From positions 224,001 through 288,000 of the IMG/VR virus record IMGVR_UViG_3300013121_000005: a stretch of 64,000 nucleotides of DNA, one strand, 5' to 3'. Under the pieces are notes generated by a model, which was not told where the DNA came from, did not search any database, and worked only from the letters and a program-made list of their open reading frames with translations. The stretch comes from a virus (Duplodnaviria; Caudoviricetes). The stretch's first letter is position 1, and each line of letters starts with the position of its first letter. Made by a program: the position numbers and the translations under genes. Below are positions 47,923-56,916 of the stretch, one piece after another.

Positions 47923-48642
47923 TCATGACCGGACGGCTTGAACGAACGCCCGAACCTTCTCGGGGTCCAGCTCGGTCCACGACCGGCTGATGCCGCTGGC
48001 AACGAGGAAGCAGTTGGTGTACGGCAGGTACGTCCGAACGTTCTCCGGAGTGAGCCCACTAGCGATGGCGAGGAGATGATCCCCTGCCCCGTCGCGCATC
48101 TGCCGGATCTTGTCCGGGTCGGGAGCCATGGCGGTATTTGGGCCGCTCGTGGTGATGACATCCATGTAGGGCCCTGCCAACTTGGCCGCGAGCCGGGGGT
48201 TCTTGGAGGGGCGCTGGGTCTTGAAGGCTACGCCCGCAAAATAAAGCACGCGATCGGCGTTGGGGAGGGCCAGGTGAGCCTTACGGATATCCGCAGCTCG
48301 CTCTTGTTCCGCTTTGTCCTCGTCGATGTAGGTGTCCTCGTCGATGTAGGCGTTGTCTACCCAGACCCCATCAAAGCCACGTTCGACGGATTCTTGGATG
48401 GCAACGGTGTTGTAGAAGCCAAGGCAGTTGACCCCGAGCCACTTGCCTGGGAACTCCTCTCGGATTTTCTCGGCGATCTTGAGGAGATCCCAGCCGGACA
48501 TGTAGTGGTTGATGAGGAACACCCCATCAGCTCCGGCGTCGAAGGCGATCTTGGTGTTGTCCCGAGCCTGCTCCAAGTGGTCGACGTGGATCACAGGGAG
48601 AACTGCGGGCTTGGTCTTCCAGGCTTGGGCGAAGGGGTTCAT
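47923..48642 (-). CDS. BtpA/SgcQ-family TIM-barrel protein
   Basis: LPVIH, GADGVFLIN, GVN, TSG.NT, ASGLTPENV, LVAS. Confidence 0.8.
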   Translation of the reverse strand: MNPFAQAWKTKPAVLPVIHVDHLEQARDNTKIAFDAGADGVFLINHYMSGWDLLKIAEKIREEFPGKWLGVNCLGFYNTVAIQESVERGFDGVWVDNAYIDEDTYIDEDKAEQERAADIRKAHLALPNADRVLYFAGVAFKTQRPSKNPRLAAKLAGPYMDVITTSGPNTAMAPDPDKIRQMRDGAGDHLLAIASGLTPENVRTYLPYTNCFLVASGISRSWTELDPEKVRAFVQAVRS

Positions 48643-48983
48643 GGCTTGATGTCGATCTCCCCCACGGCCAGTTCAGCGCAGTAGAGGGCCAGCTTGGTGG
48701 AGTAGTCCGAGTGCCCGACGGCGAGCTGCTCGACCCGCATGAACATCTGGAGGCTCAAGGGGTCGAACCCTCGGGCCAAACGCTCCTTGTTGATGGCCGT
48801 GAGCATGGTATCTCGCTCGAAGACGACCCAGCCGGGCTCGGTCCAGGTCGGCGGGACGAACTCCCCCCTCTTGGAACGCTCTTTAGCAGCGTCTTGGAAG
48901 GTCTTGAGCATCTGGGCCTGGAGAGCCAGCCTGTCCTTGATGGAGATCGTCGGATTCGTCGAGTGGGCTAGGAAAGGCATCAC
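48639..48983 (-). CDS. hypothetical protein
   Basis: VEQLAVGHSDYSTKLALYCAEL. Confidence 0.65.
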   Translation of the reverse strand: MMPFLAHSTNPTISIKDRLALQAQMLKTFQDAAKERSKRGEFVPPTWTEPGWVVFERDTMLTAINKERLARGFDPLSLQMFMRVEQLAVGHSDYSTKLALYCAELAVGEIDIKP

Positions 48984-49300
48984 GTACCCTCCTTGTGAGT
49001 GAATTGAGCAGTGAGGATGTCAGAAACCTTAAAACAGGCTTGTAGGAGCTGGGGGCCAACCTCGTATGGTTTCGCATGGCTCGGAACCATGAGCCGAACC
49101 TCGAAGACCATTTCCTTTGGAGGGTCTACGACCATGCCGGGAACCCAAGCGTGGTCGTGCACTTCGATGTCGTTGTAAGGGGCAGCCTCACTAATGGGGA
49201 ACATCTTCCCATCCATGCGGGCAGGAGTGTCTGCGGGTAGTTTCTTCATACCCGCTTTTCCCTCAAACCAGACAAACTCAGACTTATCCATTGCATACAC
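48980..49300 (-). CDS. hypothetical protein
   Basis: ORF in operon. Confidence 0.55.
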   Translation of the reverse strand: MYAMDKSEFVWFEGKAGMKKLPADTPARMDGKMFPISEAAPYNDIEVHDHAWVPGMVVDPPKEMVFEVRLMVPSHAKPYEVGPQLLQACFKVSDILTAQFTHKEGT

Positions 49301-49334
49301 CTCTCTTGGCTTAAACGAACGAGAGGGGGAACCT

Positions 49335-49904
49335 TTAACCTAGGAGGAGCTTTACAGCTCGCTTTACGTCCTCTCGGGTAAGCCCCACAGCTAAATCGGT
49401 ACGGATATGGAATTCACTTAGATGAGCCATATCTGAATCATCGTCAAGAATCACGAGCTTAGCGATAGGCTCCCCTTTCCACTTATCGAGCCATTCTTGG
49501 ATTTCATCCCCTCGAAGGGGGGATGATGAGCCGTAGGTCCCATGGTGGATTCGAGGGAGCCCTTGAGGAGTCTGCCCAATGATTTCCCCTCTAAACCCAA
49601 AGTTCTCCAAAAGCGTTTGAAGAACCCTCCAGGGGTAGGTTTTCCTCCAGGTTGAGGAGATAACCACTTTTGCTTGGGTTTCCTCTAGAAAGCTGTTTAG
49701 CATAGCCACCGCAGTCGGGTCGATATGCTGAAGATCATACAGGATGGTAGACTGGGGAACAGACGTCCCCCCTTGCACTAGCTTACGGTTAATCTTCCGC
49801 ATTGCGCGGAGGTTCTCTCTGCTAGGGGGAGGATTCTTCCGCAGGGTTGCAAAGAAGGCGTGAGAGTTCAGCACCCCATCGATGTCCAGGAATAGAAGTT
49901 TCAT
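49335..49904 (-). CDS. HAD-family phosphatase (Swiss-Army-Knife RNA-repair type)
   Basis: FLDIDGVLN, ISSTWR, RGDEI, ILDDDSDM. Confidence 0.85.
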   Translation of the reverse strand: MKLLFLDIDGVLNSHAFFATLRKNPPPSRENLRAMRKINRKLVQGGTSVPQSTILYDLQHIDPTAVAMLNSFLEETQAKVVISSTWRKTYPWRVLQTLLENFGFRGEIIGQTPQGLPRIHHGTYGSSSPLRGDEIQEWLDKWKGEPIAKLVILDDDSDMAHLSEFHIRTDLAVGLTREDVKRAVKLLLG

Positions 49905-49917
49905 ACTGGACGACCTG

Positions 49918-50193
49918 CTACCGCCAGGTTTGGCCATCCCACTTACAAGGGGTTGCACTTTTTTGCTCCACTAAGCTCCAGAATCCGTCGGGCACTTCAA
50001 TGCGCAAGAACCCCGTCATTCTTGACCGCAGTCGTTCGGTTGAGTGCTTATCGATCGGGTCAAAATCTGTTAGGTTCGACCAGTAAGCCTTCCCCCTCTG
50101 GTCAAAAACGTAAGCGAAGTACTCTCGGGCATCCTCGTCATACCCCGCAACAACCTCGAACCCGTTTTTGGTCCTAAATGTAACTTGACTCAT
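49918..50193 (-). CDS. hypothetical protein
   Basis: VVAGYD motif ORF. Confidence 0.6.
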   Translation of the reverse strand: MSQVTFRTKNGFEVVAGYDEDAREYFAYVFDQRGKAYWSNLTDFDPIDKHSTERLRSRMTGFLRIEVPDGFWSLVEQKSATPCKWDGQTWR

Positions 50194-50279
50194 AATGGTC
50201 TATGTCCCCGAAAAGAGGGCATAAAAGTCGAAACCAAACTTAAAGTCAAGAGTGAACTTCTTTCATTGACCCACCACGG

Positions 50280-50636
50280 TCAGCCTCTTCGGGTGGGCGT
50301 AGAGAGCGGGTTGATGGGCTTCCAGAAGCGTGTGATGTGTGTGACGGCTTCGGGGAGGGTCTTGAAGGTCTCTGGGCCTACGGCTTCGCCGGTCACGCGG
50401 AAGGCGTCGTCGGGGGTCAGCTCGATGGTGAAGCTCCCGTGGACGATGTTGAGGTCGGGGGTCTTTTCCCGGTGGGTTCCGCCGCGTATCACGTGGGGGT
50501 TCTTGTTGAAGTTGCGGGCGTTCTCCCAGTCCAGCGGGTGGCTTGCTTTGGCGTAGAGGCCAGCGCTCAACAGGGCGTGTTCGGCGGTCCTCACGGCGGC
50601 GTAAAGTTCGGCGTGTTTGGTTTCAGCGTGGGTCAT
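50280..50636 (-). CDS. paralog of 12895-13188
   Basis: Shared motifs; GC-rich codons. Confidence 0.7.
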   Translation of the reverse strand: MTHAETKHAELYAAVRTAEHALLSAGLYAKASHPLDWENARNFNKNPHVIRGGTHREKTPDLNIVHGSFTIELTPDDAFRVTGEAVGPETFKTLPEAVTHITRFWKPINPLSTPTRRG

Positions 50637-50644
50637 GGCGAGCG

Positions 50645-51133
50645 TTACTTCGCGAACTGAAACTCCAAGAACTTGACACATCGGGCTTTTTGCGCAGCTT
50701 CCCTAAGATCGGCCCCCCTCAGGGCCTCCTCCAGAATGGTCTTGATGCGCTGCAACTCATTCTTGCTCGTTCGACTCTCAAGTTTTTGACTCAAGTACAT
50801 CCCATAGAGGCACTCCAGGAGATACACAATTGTCCCCTCCAACGTGCAACAGACCTTTGGGATCATGCTGTTGTCGACTGAAGGGAACTGCTCCTTGAGC
50901 ACAGTGTAGGTCTGAGTGTGCTTCTCAGCTCCAGGCACCTTGAAGGTGTGCATGCCGTACACCGCGATCTTTACAAGACCGACAAGCCTCCGTAGCAGCG
51001 CCTTCGAGTGCTTCCGAGTGCTTTTGTACACGGTAAAGTCAAGGATCGCCTCAGTTAGGTAGCTGAGGGTCTCTTTGGGCTCTTTGGAAGGGGCAGGCAT
51101 ACCAGCTAAACGAAGGTAAGTAGGAGCCTTCAA
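50645..51133 (-). CDS. hypothetical protein
   Basis: ORF in operon. Confidence 0.55.
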   Translation of the reverse strand: MKAPTYLRLAGMPAPSKEPKETLSYLTEAILDFTVYKSTRKHSKALLRRLVGLVKIAVYGMHTFKVPGAEKHTQTYTVLKEQFPSVDNSMIPKVCCTLEGTIVYLLECLYGMYLSQKLESRTSKNELQRIKTILEEALRGADLREAAQKARCVKFLEFQFAK

Positions 51134-51775
51134 CTAAAATCTGGGGACCTCACGGGTAGGTGGTGGGTGCTGTCGCTGGAATTGGATAACCCAAACCCAT
51201 GGGTTATCTGCCCACGTGGAACCCCATAGATCCTTAAAGACATCCAGTGCTTGGTCATCGCACGGACCTTCGTTGCGTTCGTTGATGAAGCACCCCTCCG
51301 CACGGGCATCTTCCTCACTCAGGTCATTTAATCGTTGGATTCTTACATCCAACACCCTAAGTAGGATACGACTTGCCCATCGAGGCATATGAATGCAGGG
51401 ACGCCACCGTCCAGATTTCCCTCTACCATACGCAGACCTTATAAGTGCATCACTTTCTGTATCCGGTAGGGTCCATTCTGAGAGTTTTGACTCGCACTTC
51501 ACCAAGGCGTATCGGTTACGCGCTCGGTACTCGGTGTAGATTCTTGTCCTATTTGTCAGGTAATCTCGCGTATGAGCGGAGACACGCCAGGCTTCTCGCA
51601 CCCAGAGAAGGTCTCCAGGCTTGCCGTAAGGGCATTTGTACCCAGTTGGAGGGACATGTTGTCCATGACCTCCTTCCTCCAGACGCATGACCCTTCGTGT
51701 TTGACTCTTCACCCCTGACAGAAGAGCACGAACCATCCTGTCGTCAGGGAACAGAATCGGGTTGGCAGACATCAT
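51134..51775 (-). CDS. ASCH-like phage protein
   Basis: PILF..MVRALLSG.KSQTRR, CPYGKPGDLLWVRE, WRPCIHMPRWASRI, NPWVWVI. Confidence 0.8.
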   Translation of the reverse strand: MMSANPILFPDDRMVRALLSGVKSQTRRVMRLEEGGHGQHVPPTGYKCPYGKPGDLLWVREAWRVSAHTRDYLTNRTRIYTEYRARNRYALVKCESKLSEWTLPDTESDALIRSAYGRGKSGRWRPCIHMPRWASRILLRVLDVRIQRLNDLSEEDARAEGCFINERNEGPCDDQALDVFKDLWGSTWADNPWVWVIQFQRQHPPPTREVPRF

Positions 51776-51807
51776 CGTCATCTCTCTACACCCCCCACGG
51801 ACGAGTA

Positions 51808-52029
51808 TTACAGTAACCCTCTGTAATACTCGTCCCATTGCGCATCCCAATCAGCGTGGTGGGTTTCTGCACACCCCCGACAAAGAGGGATGGGGGCGTT
51901 GGGATCTTCAACATCCCCGTTAAACAAGTCATACCGACTACGGCGAGGAGTACTGTAACTAGTGCGAGAACTTTCAAGACGAATATCATCCTTTTCGTCA
52001 CAGCTCCCACAACAAAGACACTTCAACAT
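51808..52029 (-). CDS. small Zn-finger protein with internal SRYDLF motif
   Basis: CLCC...LCRGC; 8 nt after GGTGTA. Confidence 0.65.
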   Translation of the reverse strand: MLKCLCCGSCDEKDDIRLESSRTSYSTPRRSRYDLFNGDVEDPNAPIPLCRGCAETHHADWDAQWDEYYRGLL

Positions 52030-52067
52030 ACACACATTACACCTAGTTCGGGTGTAATGTGTGTATG
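52027..52067. repeat. perfect 17-bp inverted repeat forming two mirror-image promoter+ATG units
   Basis: CATACACACATTACACC-tagttcg-GGTGTAATGTGTGTATG. Confidence 0.9.
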
Positions 52068-52336
52068 CGAGTGATCCTGCCAGGAAACCCGAACCGTTTG
52101 CGATGGGGGGGGGGGTTCGACTCTTTTGTGATGGGCAAGGGCTCCACCACAAGGGGGGTTGCGGAGCCTTGTTGGAAATTGAGAGTGGAGACCTGTTTCT
52201 CCAGAGGACGAGTTCTAGCTACAGGTTAGCTGTTGAATGCCCTGACTGTGGAACCCTGACCGCAGTTGAAAGGGTTCCTGCTGCCGTGTTTAAGACTGTG
52301 ATAGCTGTCCGTACGATTCCTTGCACAGACCCATGA
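52065..52336 (+). CDS. Zn-ribbon protein apparently frameshifted at a G11 tract
   Basis: MRVILPGNPNRLRW from ATG 52065; -1 frame continues VRLFCDG...GGCGALLEIE..DL...CPDCG. Confidence 0.55.
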
Positions 52337-52356
52337 GATGGGTGGTGTATAGCTTT

Positions 52357-52460
52357 CTGTTCGAGTCCGTTTTTTATCGAACGGACCCTAAAAATGGCCT
52401 GTACCTATCGAACGAGGGAGCAGGAGCCCTAGCCGTCGGGTAATAGACGGCCTTTCTCTT
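52357..52460 (+). ncRNA. candidate small RNA or leader with two TATCGAAC-containing hairpins and a terminator-like stem
   Basis: GGTGTA 52344; GTCCGTT/AACGGAC; CCTG..CCT/AGG..CAGG; GCCGTC/GACGGC followed by CTTTCTCTT. Confidence 0.45.
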
Positions 52461-52471
52461 CAGCTATCGCG

Positions 52472-52804
52472 ATGAAGTCCGTTCAGTACTGGGAACGCAA
52501 GTTGGAAGAAGCTGAAGCTTCCCTAAGGGAAGTCAGTGTAAGGCTCAAACTAAACAACAACACCTCCCTAACAAGAGGGGAGCTGCTGCTTGCGCTTGTC
52601 TCAGCCCCTAAGCCTCACATGGCATCGACTTGCATTGATCGGGTAAAGCAAGACCAAAATTGGAAACATCGGCAAGCCATGTTTTCCGTCTACCTAAGGA
52701 GGTATGCCAAAGTCACTGCCAGAATTGCTTACATCAAGAACCAGCTAGCTGCACGCAGGGTAAGCTTTCGGGCCCATAAACTTCTTTGGGCTCCTCCCGT
52801 TTAG
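52472..52804 (+). CDS. hypothetical protein
   Basis: ORF. Confidence 0.55.
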   Translation: MKSVQYWERKLEEAEASLREVSVRLKLNNNTSLTRGELLLALVSAPKPHMASTCIDRVKQDQNWKHRQAMFSVYLRRYAKVTARIAYIKNQLAARRVSFRAHKLLWAPPV

Positions 52805-52990
52805 GAAACCACCATGCAATTCAGGTTGAGGATGATGGCTGAAGATGGGACCGTAGTAACGGAGGACGCTGATTTGTGTGTGTCCTCCTCCGCCCCCATT
52901 GAACGAATACTCAACGCAGGTCGAGAGTTCGCCAAAAAGAAGAACTTGGTGTTACTCTCTGCACGTAGGACCAGTCGGTAGGGGGTTGTT

Positions 52991-53323
52991 GTGGGAGAGG
53001 ACTTTGATGACCTCAGGAGGATGCAGGCTCAACTGCATCGCGAGCGTTTCGAGAAATTTCGAGAGGCTTTTGAGTCCGGGACCTTTGACCAGCTCTTCCC
53101 TGGTGCGGATGCTGAAAGTCGAGACCCTAGGGCGGACCAAGTAAAAGAGGTCTTGGGTGAATTACTGACTCTAACCACTGACTCCGATCCAGGGGACGTA
53201 CTTGTTCGAGCCTTGGTTACCTACCAAGCTATTGTGCGGCATGTGAGGAGCGGAGGAACAGTGCAGTTCCAGTCTGAGGGTACAAGTCGTACCCTCAGAG
53301 TCAGAATTCGTGAGGAGAAGTAA
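52991..53323 (+). CDS. hypothetical protein
   Basis: ORF; possible C-terminal ribbon-helix-like segment. Confidence 0.55.
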   Translation: MGEDFDDLRRMQAQLHRERFEKFREAFESGTFDQLFPGADAESRDPRADQVKEVLGELLTLTTDSDPGDVLVRALVTYQAIVRHVRSGGTVQFQSEGTSRTLRVRIREEK

Positions 53324-53328
53324 CTTCT

Positions 53329-53694
53329 ATGCCTTGGGTTTACTTCTGGGCCTCATTTCGTAATGAACCTGAATCCTCGGACCCAGACTTCGCTGTCTAC
53401 GAATGGTTCGACAAGGAGCACTGTCCTGAAATTATGAAGGAGGAGGCCCTTGCTAGGGTCCCAACCTGGCTAAGTGATAGTGAGGACAGGCACTACTACG
53501 GTTGGAAACTCATACCCACACTGCCTACGCATGTACGAGACGCTCTTATCTTGGAGTACCAGCGTAGGTTAGCCTATGCTGACAGAATACTGAAGATTCT
53601 AGGGGCTCCAAGAAAACCCCGCTCCAAGAAGCCCCGCAAACTTACTACCAGATACGAGCTTCTTCAGAGAAGCTCTTTCCGGAGATTTGGGTAG
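53329..53694 (+). CDS. hypothetical protein with C-terminal TRYELL tag
   Basis: KPRKLTTRYELLQR. Confidence 0.65.
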   Translation: MPWVYFWASFRNEPESSDPDFAVYEWFDKEHCPEIMKEEALARVPTWLSDSEDRHYYGWKLIPTLPTHVRDALILEYQRRLAYADRILKILGAPRKPRSKKPRKLTTRYELLQRSSFRRFG

Positions 53695-54866
53695 CTAGAT
53701 TCTTTGGGAGGGGGTGCCCATCCGAACTTCCTAGCCAACTTGTAAACTTCCGCCAAAGTTGTGGGTTGGCGGAAGTTTACCTGTTTGCCGGTCAACCTCT
53801 GAAAGGCTTTGTTCGCCTCTAGGGGAGAAAGTGCTCCTACTCGAATGTGTTGGCAAAGCCTTCCTGGTCGTTGAGTAGCGGGGTCCATCTCTAGGGTTTC
53901 GGCATTGGTGGTGGCCAAAATACGTACATCAAGGACAGCGCCAAGGATGCCATCCCCAAGGTTCAGCATAGCGCTGATGGCATCCATATCCCCCTCTTTT
54001 CGATTGACTAGCACTCGGTCCGCATCTTCGATGATCAAGACAATTGGACCATTGAATTCGCTCTTAGCTGCGGTTAGGGCAGGCAGAATTTCCGGCCCAG
54101 ACAAGTCTCCAACAAGATGAGAGGGGACTAGGACGTAAGCCGCTTTAGGTACCTGAGACAGAAGGGCACGCACAAGGTACGTCTTCCCAGACCCAGGCTC
54201 CCCTGAAAGGATAACCAGACGTCCACAGGGACTTTCTGTATTGAGATCCGCAACTACATGGTCATACCCACTAAGGACCTCAGGGTTGTAATTTTCTCGC
54301 TCTAAAGGAGTCCCAGCGACCCCTAGGCGGTTCAAAGAGTACCCTCCCATCCCACGGGCTAGGGTGAATACAACCCCCTTTTGGAAGTCATCCTGGGCAA
54401 CGCAACGGCTAAACAGTTGGTTTGCCTTGCTAAGGAGCCCTGAGTCGTTGGTAGCGACTTGAATAGTTGTGTACCTGCCCTGTTCAGCAAAGTGAACGTA
54501 GACCATCATGACTTCGGACGAGAACAGGAACGTTCCGTTTTGATTCCCTCGATGTTCGACTCGGACAAGTCGACCCCCTAGGACCCGTGGAATTGTCTCC
54601 AGGATAGACTCATGGGGGACTACAAGATTCCCCTCCCATCTGTTGAGCTGAAGAGGAGGCCCCCCTTCTAGCGCTTGCCGAAAGAGTGAAAGTCCAATCC
54701 ACGTAGAGGGAGTAGGATCTTGGTACGCCCCGAAGGAAGGTAAAGTGCCTTTTTCCAGCCAAGTCCCTTCACTTGTTGGGGCAAAGGGGGCAGCAGCAGT
54801 TCGCCACCAAGGAGTGTTAGGGGTTACCTTTTTGGAAGCATCCACCTTCCACTTCGAGTCACTCAT
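53664..54866 (-). CDS. AAA+ ATPase, paralog of 41092-42249
   Basis: GEPGSGKT, IIEDAD, LNLGDG, TTN, RPGRL. Confidence 0.9.
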   Translation of the reverse strand: MSDSKWKVDASKKVTPNTPWWRTAAAPFAPTSEGTWLEKGTLPSFGAYQDPTPSTWIGLSLFRQALEGGPPLQLNRWEGNLVVPHESILETIPRVLGGRLVRVEHRGNQNGTFLFSSEVMMVYVHFAEQGRYTTIQVATNDSGLLSKANQLFSRCVAQDDFQKGVVFTLARGMGGYSLNRLGVAGTPLERENYNPEVLSGYDHVVADLNTESPCGRLVILSGEPGSGKTYLVRALLSQVPKAAYVLVPSHLVGDLSGPEILPALTAAKSEFNGPIVLIIEDADRVLVNRKEGDMDAISAMLNLGDGILGAVLDVRILATTNAETLEMDPATQRPGRLCQHIRVGALSPLEANKAFQRLTGKQVNFRQPTTLAEVYKLARKFGWAPPPKESSYPNLRKELL

Positions 54867-54909
54867 GCTCCGACTAAGATATCAAAACTTTGTGGGGGGT
54901 GGGAAGCAC

Positions 54910-55263
54910 TTAGATCGGAGGTTCTAGGTCAAACCGAGTGGGGCCCCCTTGGACTACTTCCCATCCCAACTTTGCAAATGTACTCTCTATTTTCTGAATC
55001 GTTTTAGCAGGTTGGTCTACGATTACGGTCTGCCCCTGGAACTTAAACAAACTTACCCGAATAGGGAGCACGAACACCTTCTTCTCGGTAGGTAGCCCTA
55101 CGAATGAAATGTTGCAATTTAACTCTAGGTTTACGCAAGTAACGGCGTGCGCCAAGATATCCGGAGTCCGTTCCACAGAGACTATGAGGTAGGGTTGGGG
55201 CCCTACCTTTACCCTGACCCCCTTGGGGGAATACGCAAGCGGTTGAAAAATACCAGATGCCAT
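54910..55263 (-). CDS. hypothetical protein with C-terminal TRFDL tag
   Basis: Ends GPTRFDLEPPI. Confidence 0.65.
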   Translation of the reverse strand: MASGIFQPLAYSPKGVRVKVGPQPYLIVSVERTPDILAHAVTCVNLELNCNISFVGLPTEKKVFVLPIRVSLFKFQGQTVIVDQPAKTIQKIESTFAKLGWEVVQGGPTRFDLEPPI

Positions 55264-55279
55264 TGTGCTCCCCTAAGGA

Positions 55280-55316
55280 GTCAAAAAGATTTGATATACA
55301 GCTTAGTACAGCATGG
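55280..55316 (+). promoter_or_regulatory. conserved leader/promoter element, copy 1 (copy 2 at 59397-59430, minus)
   Basis: GTCAAAAAGATTTGATA[T/C]ACAGCTTA(GTA)CAGCATGG. Confidence 0.75.
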
Positions 55317-55711
55317 CTCCTCTGACAAACGTCAGGCGGCTTGAAGGACAATCCCCGCGCACAAGGTGCTTTGTCGGAGGGGGGCGCACCGAGCACGTGC
55401 CAGGATGCAGACCGGCGCGTCCGCAATGCCGATGGCGGCGGCGGGCGGCGGGCCTGTGTACGTGCGAGGCGTACCACTATCCACACCGATCTCGGTCGGG
55501 CCGTTGTGGCGATCCATCGCGCATGATCGAATGGGTCGAAGGGCCGCCGGAGGTGCACGCGGCCCGTGCGTGCGAGGCGCACGATCTCTTAGCGATCGGC
55601 GAGGTCCCAGGCGATGCATGGGAACCTAGCGAGGGGGCGTGTGCGGAAGCGCAGGCATACCTAGGTGCACCCACGCCCGATCCATGGAATGCCGCGCCCA
55701 GAACGCTTTAA
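55313..55711 (+). CDS. GC-rich Cys/His-rich hypothetical protein
   Basis: CTCEAYHYPHRSRSGRC; ATG lies within the conserved leader. Confidence 0.55.
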   Translation: MAPLTNVRRLEGQSPRTRCFVGGGRTEHVPGCRPARPQCRWRRRAAGLCTCEAYHYPHRSRSGRCGDPSRMIEWVEGPPEVHAARACEAHDLLAIGEVPGDAWEPSEGACAEAQAYLGAPTPDPWNAAPRTL

Positions 55712-55754
55712 TGCGCAGGTCGTGCGCACCCTCGTCCTCTGAAGCCTTCCTACT

Positions 55755-56180
55755 TTAGTCGTTTGGAACTACTGCGTCCTCAGCTCTGATGCAGGTTTCG
55801 GCCCACTCTGCCTCAGACATGCCACAAATCGTGGGATCGTCTGGCCCCAGAGAAATACGCAGAACATCCAAGTTACCTTCTCTCCCCATGTCGAGGTCGT
55901 CGAGGTACGCTTTGGCCGCGTTCCTAATACGACTAAGGGTAGCCAGCTCGTCTTCCCCCCCAAGCTCCGTCCCCTTTGGGAGGAGAAAGCTTTTCGCTCG
56001 ATACTCAAGGTTGGGTAGGATGTACGTGACCTCGATCAACTCACCAGAGCTGATCAAAGTGTCGATGACTTCCGCTAGATCCTGAGGGGGGTTTTTTAGG
56101 TGGACGGCCACCTCAGTGGCTTTGCACCCCTGCAAAGCCCGAACAACCTCAACAATCTCCGCAGCTACGTCGTTACCCAC
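55755..56180 (-). CDS. paralog of 10771-11073
   Basis: AGGAGGAGG SD; shared motifs. Confidence 0.7.
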   Translation of the reverse strand: MGNDVAAEIVEVVRALQGCKATEVAVHLKNPPQDLAEVIDTLISSGELIEVTYILPNLEYRAKSFLLPKGTELGGEDELATLSRIRNAAKAYLDDLDMGREGNLDVLRISLGPDDPTICGMSEAEWAETCIRAEDAVVPND

Positions 56181-56240
56181 AGGGACCTCCTCCTAAAGCA
56201 CCCCCATTAACGAACTCAAAGGGGCTCTTTCAACTCACAC

Positions 56241-56387
56241 TCATGTCGAAAACAACTCCTTATCAATACGACTGAACCTGGTGGGCTTCTGTAAGCTTTG
56301 AATGAACCTCGCTCGCTCCTCTTCAGTCAAACGAATTACGTCAGATATAGTGTAGGTGAATCTAGGCTGCCTGGGTGGAAACCTCAT
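56241..56387 (-). CDS. 48-aa protein ending in the TRFSRIDKELF tag
   Basis: MRFPPRQPRFTY...QKPTRFSRIDKELFST; ATGA-coupled. Confidence 0.6.
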   Translation of the reverse strand: MRFPPRQPRFTYTISDVIRLTEEERARFIQSLQKPTRFSRIDKELFST

Positions 56388-56422
56388 GGGAACAACTCCT
56401 TATCAACACGACTGAACCTGGT
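56251..56422. repeat. 32-bp direct repeat (1 mismatch) encoding the C-terminal tag of two adjacent genes
   Basis: AACAACTCCTTATCAA[T/C]ACGACTGAACCTGGT at 56251 and 56391. Confidence 0.9.
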
Positions 56423-56674
56423 AGGTGTTACAGGATCAATAGTAGCAGGGGACTCCGTGACCCGTACTTTCGAGAACATGTCTTTGACTTGCGGCACTAA
56501 GCTAATCTCAACTGGCAACGGGTCATGTTCAAGGTCATGTTCAAGTTCAACTCCCACCAATTCCCCCCTCCTCCTTAGGAACTGGGCCAACCTACGCTGG
56601 AAGTCTGCGTCTATATTGTGATTTACAAGGTTATTGCGAATTACACGGAGTATGTTTGCTGTAGTTTTCGGCAT
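56384..56674 (-). CDS. hypothetical protein ending TRFSRVDKELFP
   Basis: Start reassigned to MPKTTAN. Confidence 0.65.
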   Translation of the reverse strand: MPKTTANILRVIRNNLVNHNIDADFQRRLAQFLRRRGELVGVELEHDLEHDPLPVEISLVPQVKDMFSKVRVTESPATIDPVTPTRFSRVDKELFP

Positions 56675-56676
56675 GG

Positions 56677-56916
56677 TCAAGCATCCCCACCTGGAGCAAA
56701 CCAAGTACCTTCTAGGGTAACTGTTGTGTCTTCACGTAGTTTCTGCCAGGCGCGAAGTTCTTGTGCCGTAGCACGCCTATCTGTAGGGAGTTTCGCATCG
56801 GACATGGGTACACATGGTATACCTACTACGAGTGTCCGAAGCATCCCGGGGCTTCGACCCGAATGGCGAAGCTGCATTAGCGCAGGGATGTCAACATTCA
56901 CAAGATGACGTTTCAC
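56677..56916 (-). CDS. hypothetical protein
   Basis: Coupled ORF. Confidence 0.45.
   Translation of the reverse strand: MKRHLVNVDIPALMQLRHSGRSPGMLRTLVVGIPCVPMSDAKLPTDRRATAQELRAWQKLREDTTVTLEGTWFAPGGDA

Noticed and set aside
47938-48684. Long antisense ORFs (also 24520-25086, 35267-35821, 46714-47256, 62913-63719)
   Set aside because: Shadow frames of GC3-rich genes that have clear motifs on the other strand
52359-52368. GTTCGAGTCC as a tRNA T-loop
   Set aside because: No T-stem, acceptor stem or D-arm can be formed around it
56251-56422. Repeat pair as a DGR template/variable region
   Set aside because: Only 32 bp with one mismatch, and no reverse transcriptase in the window
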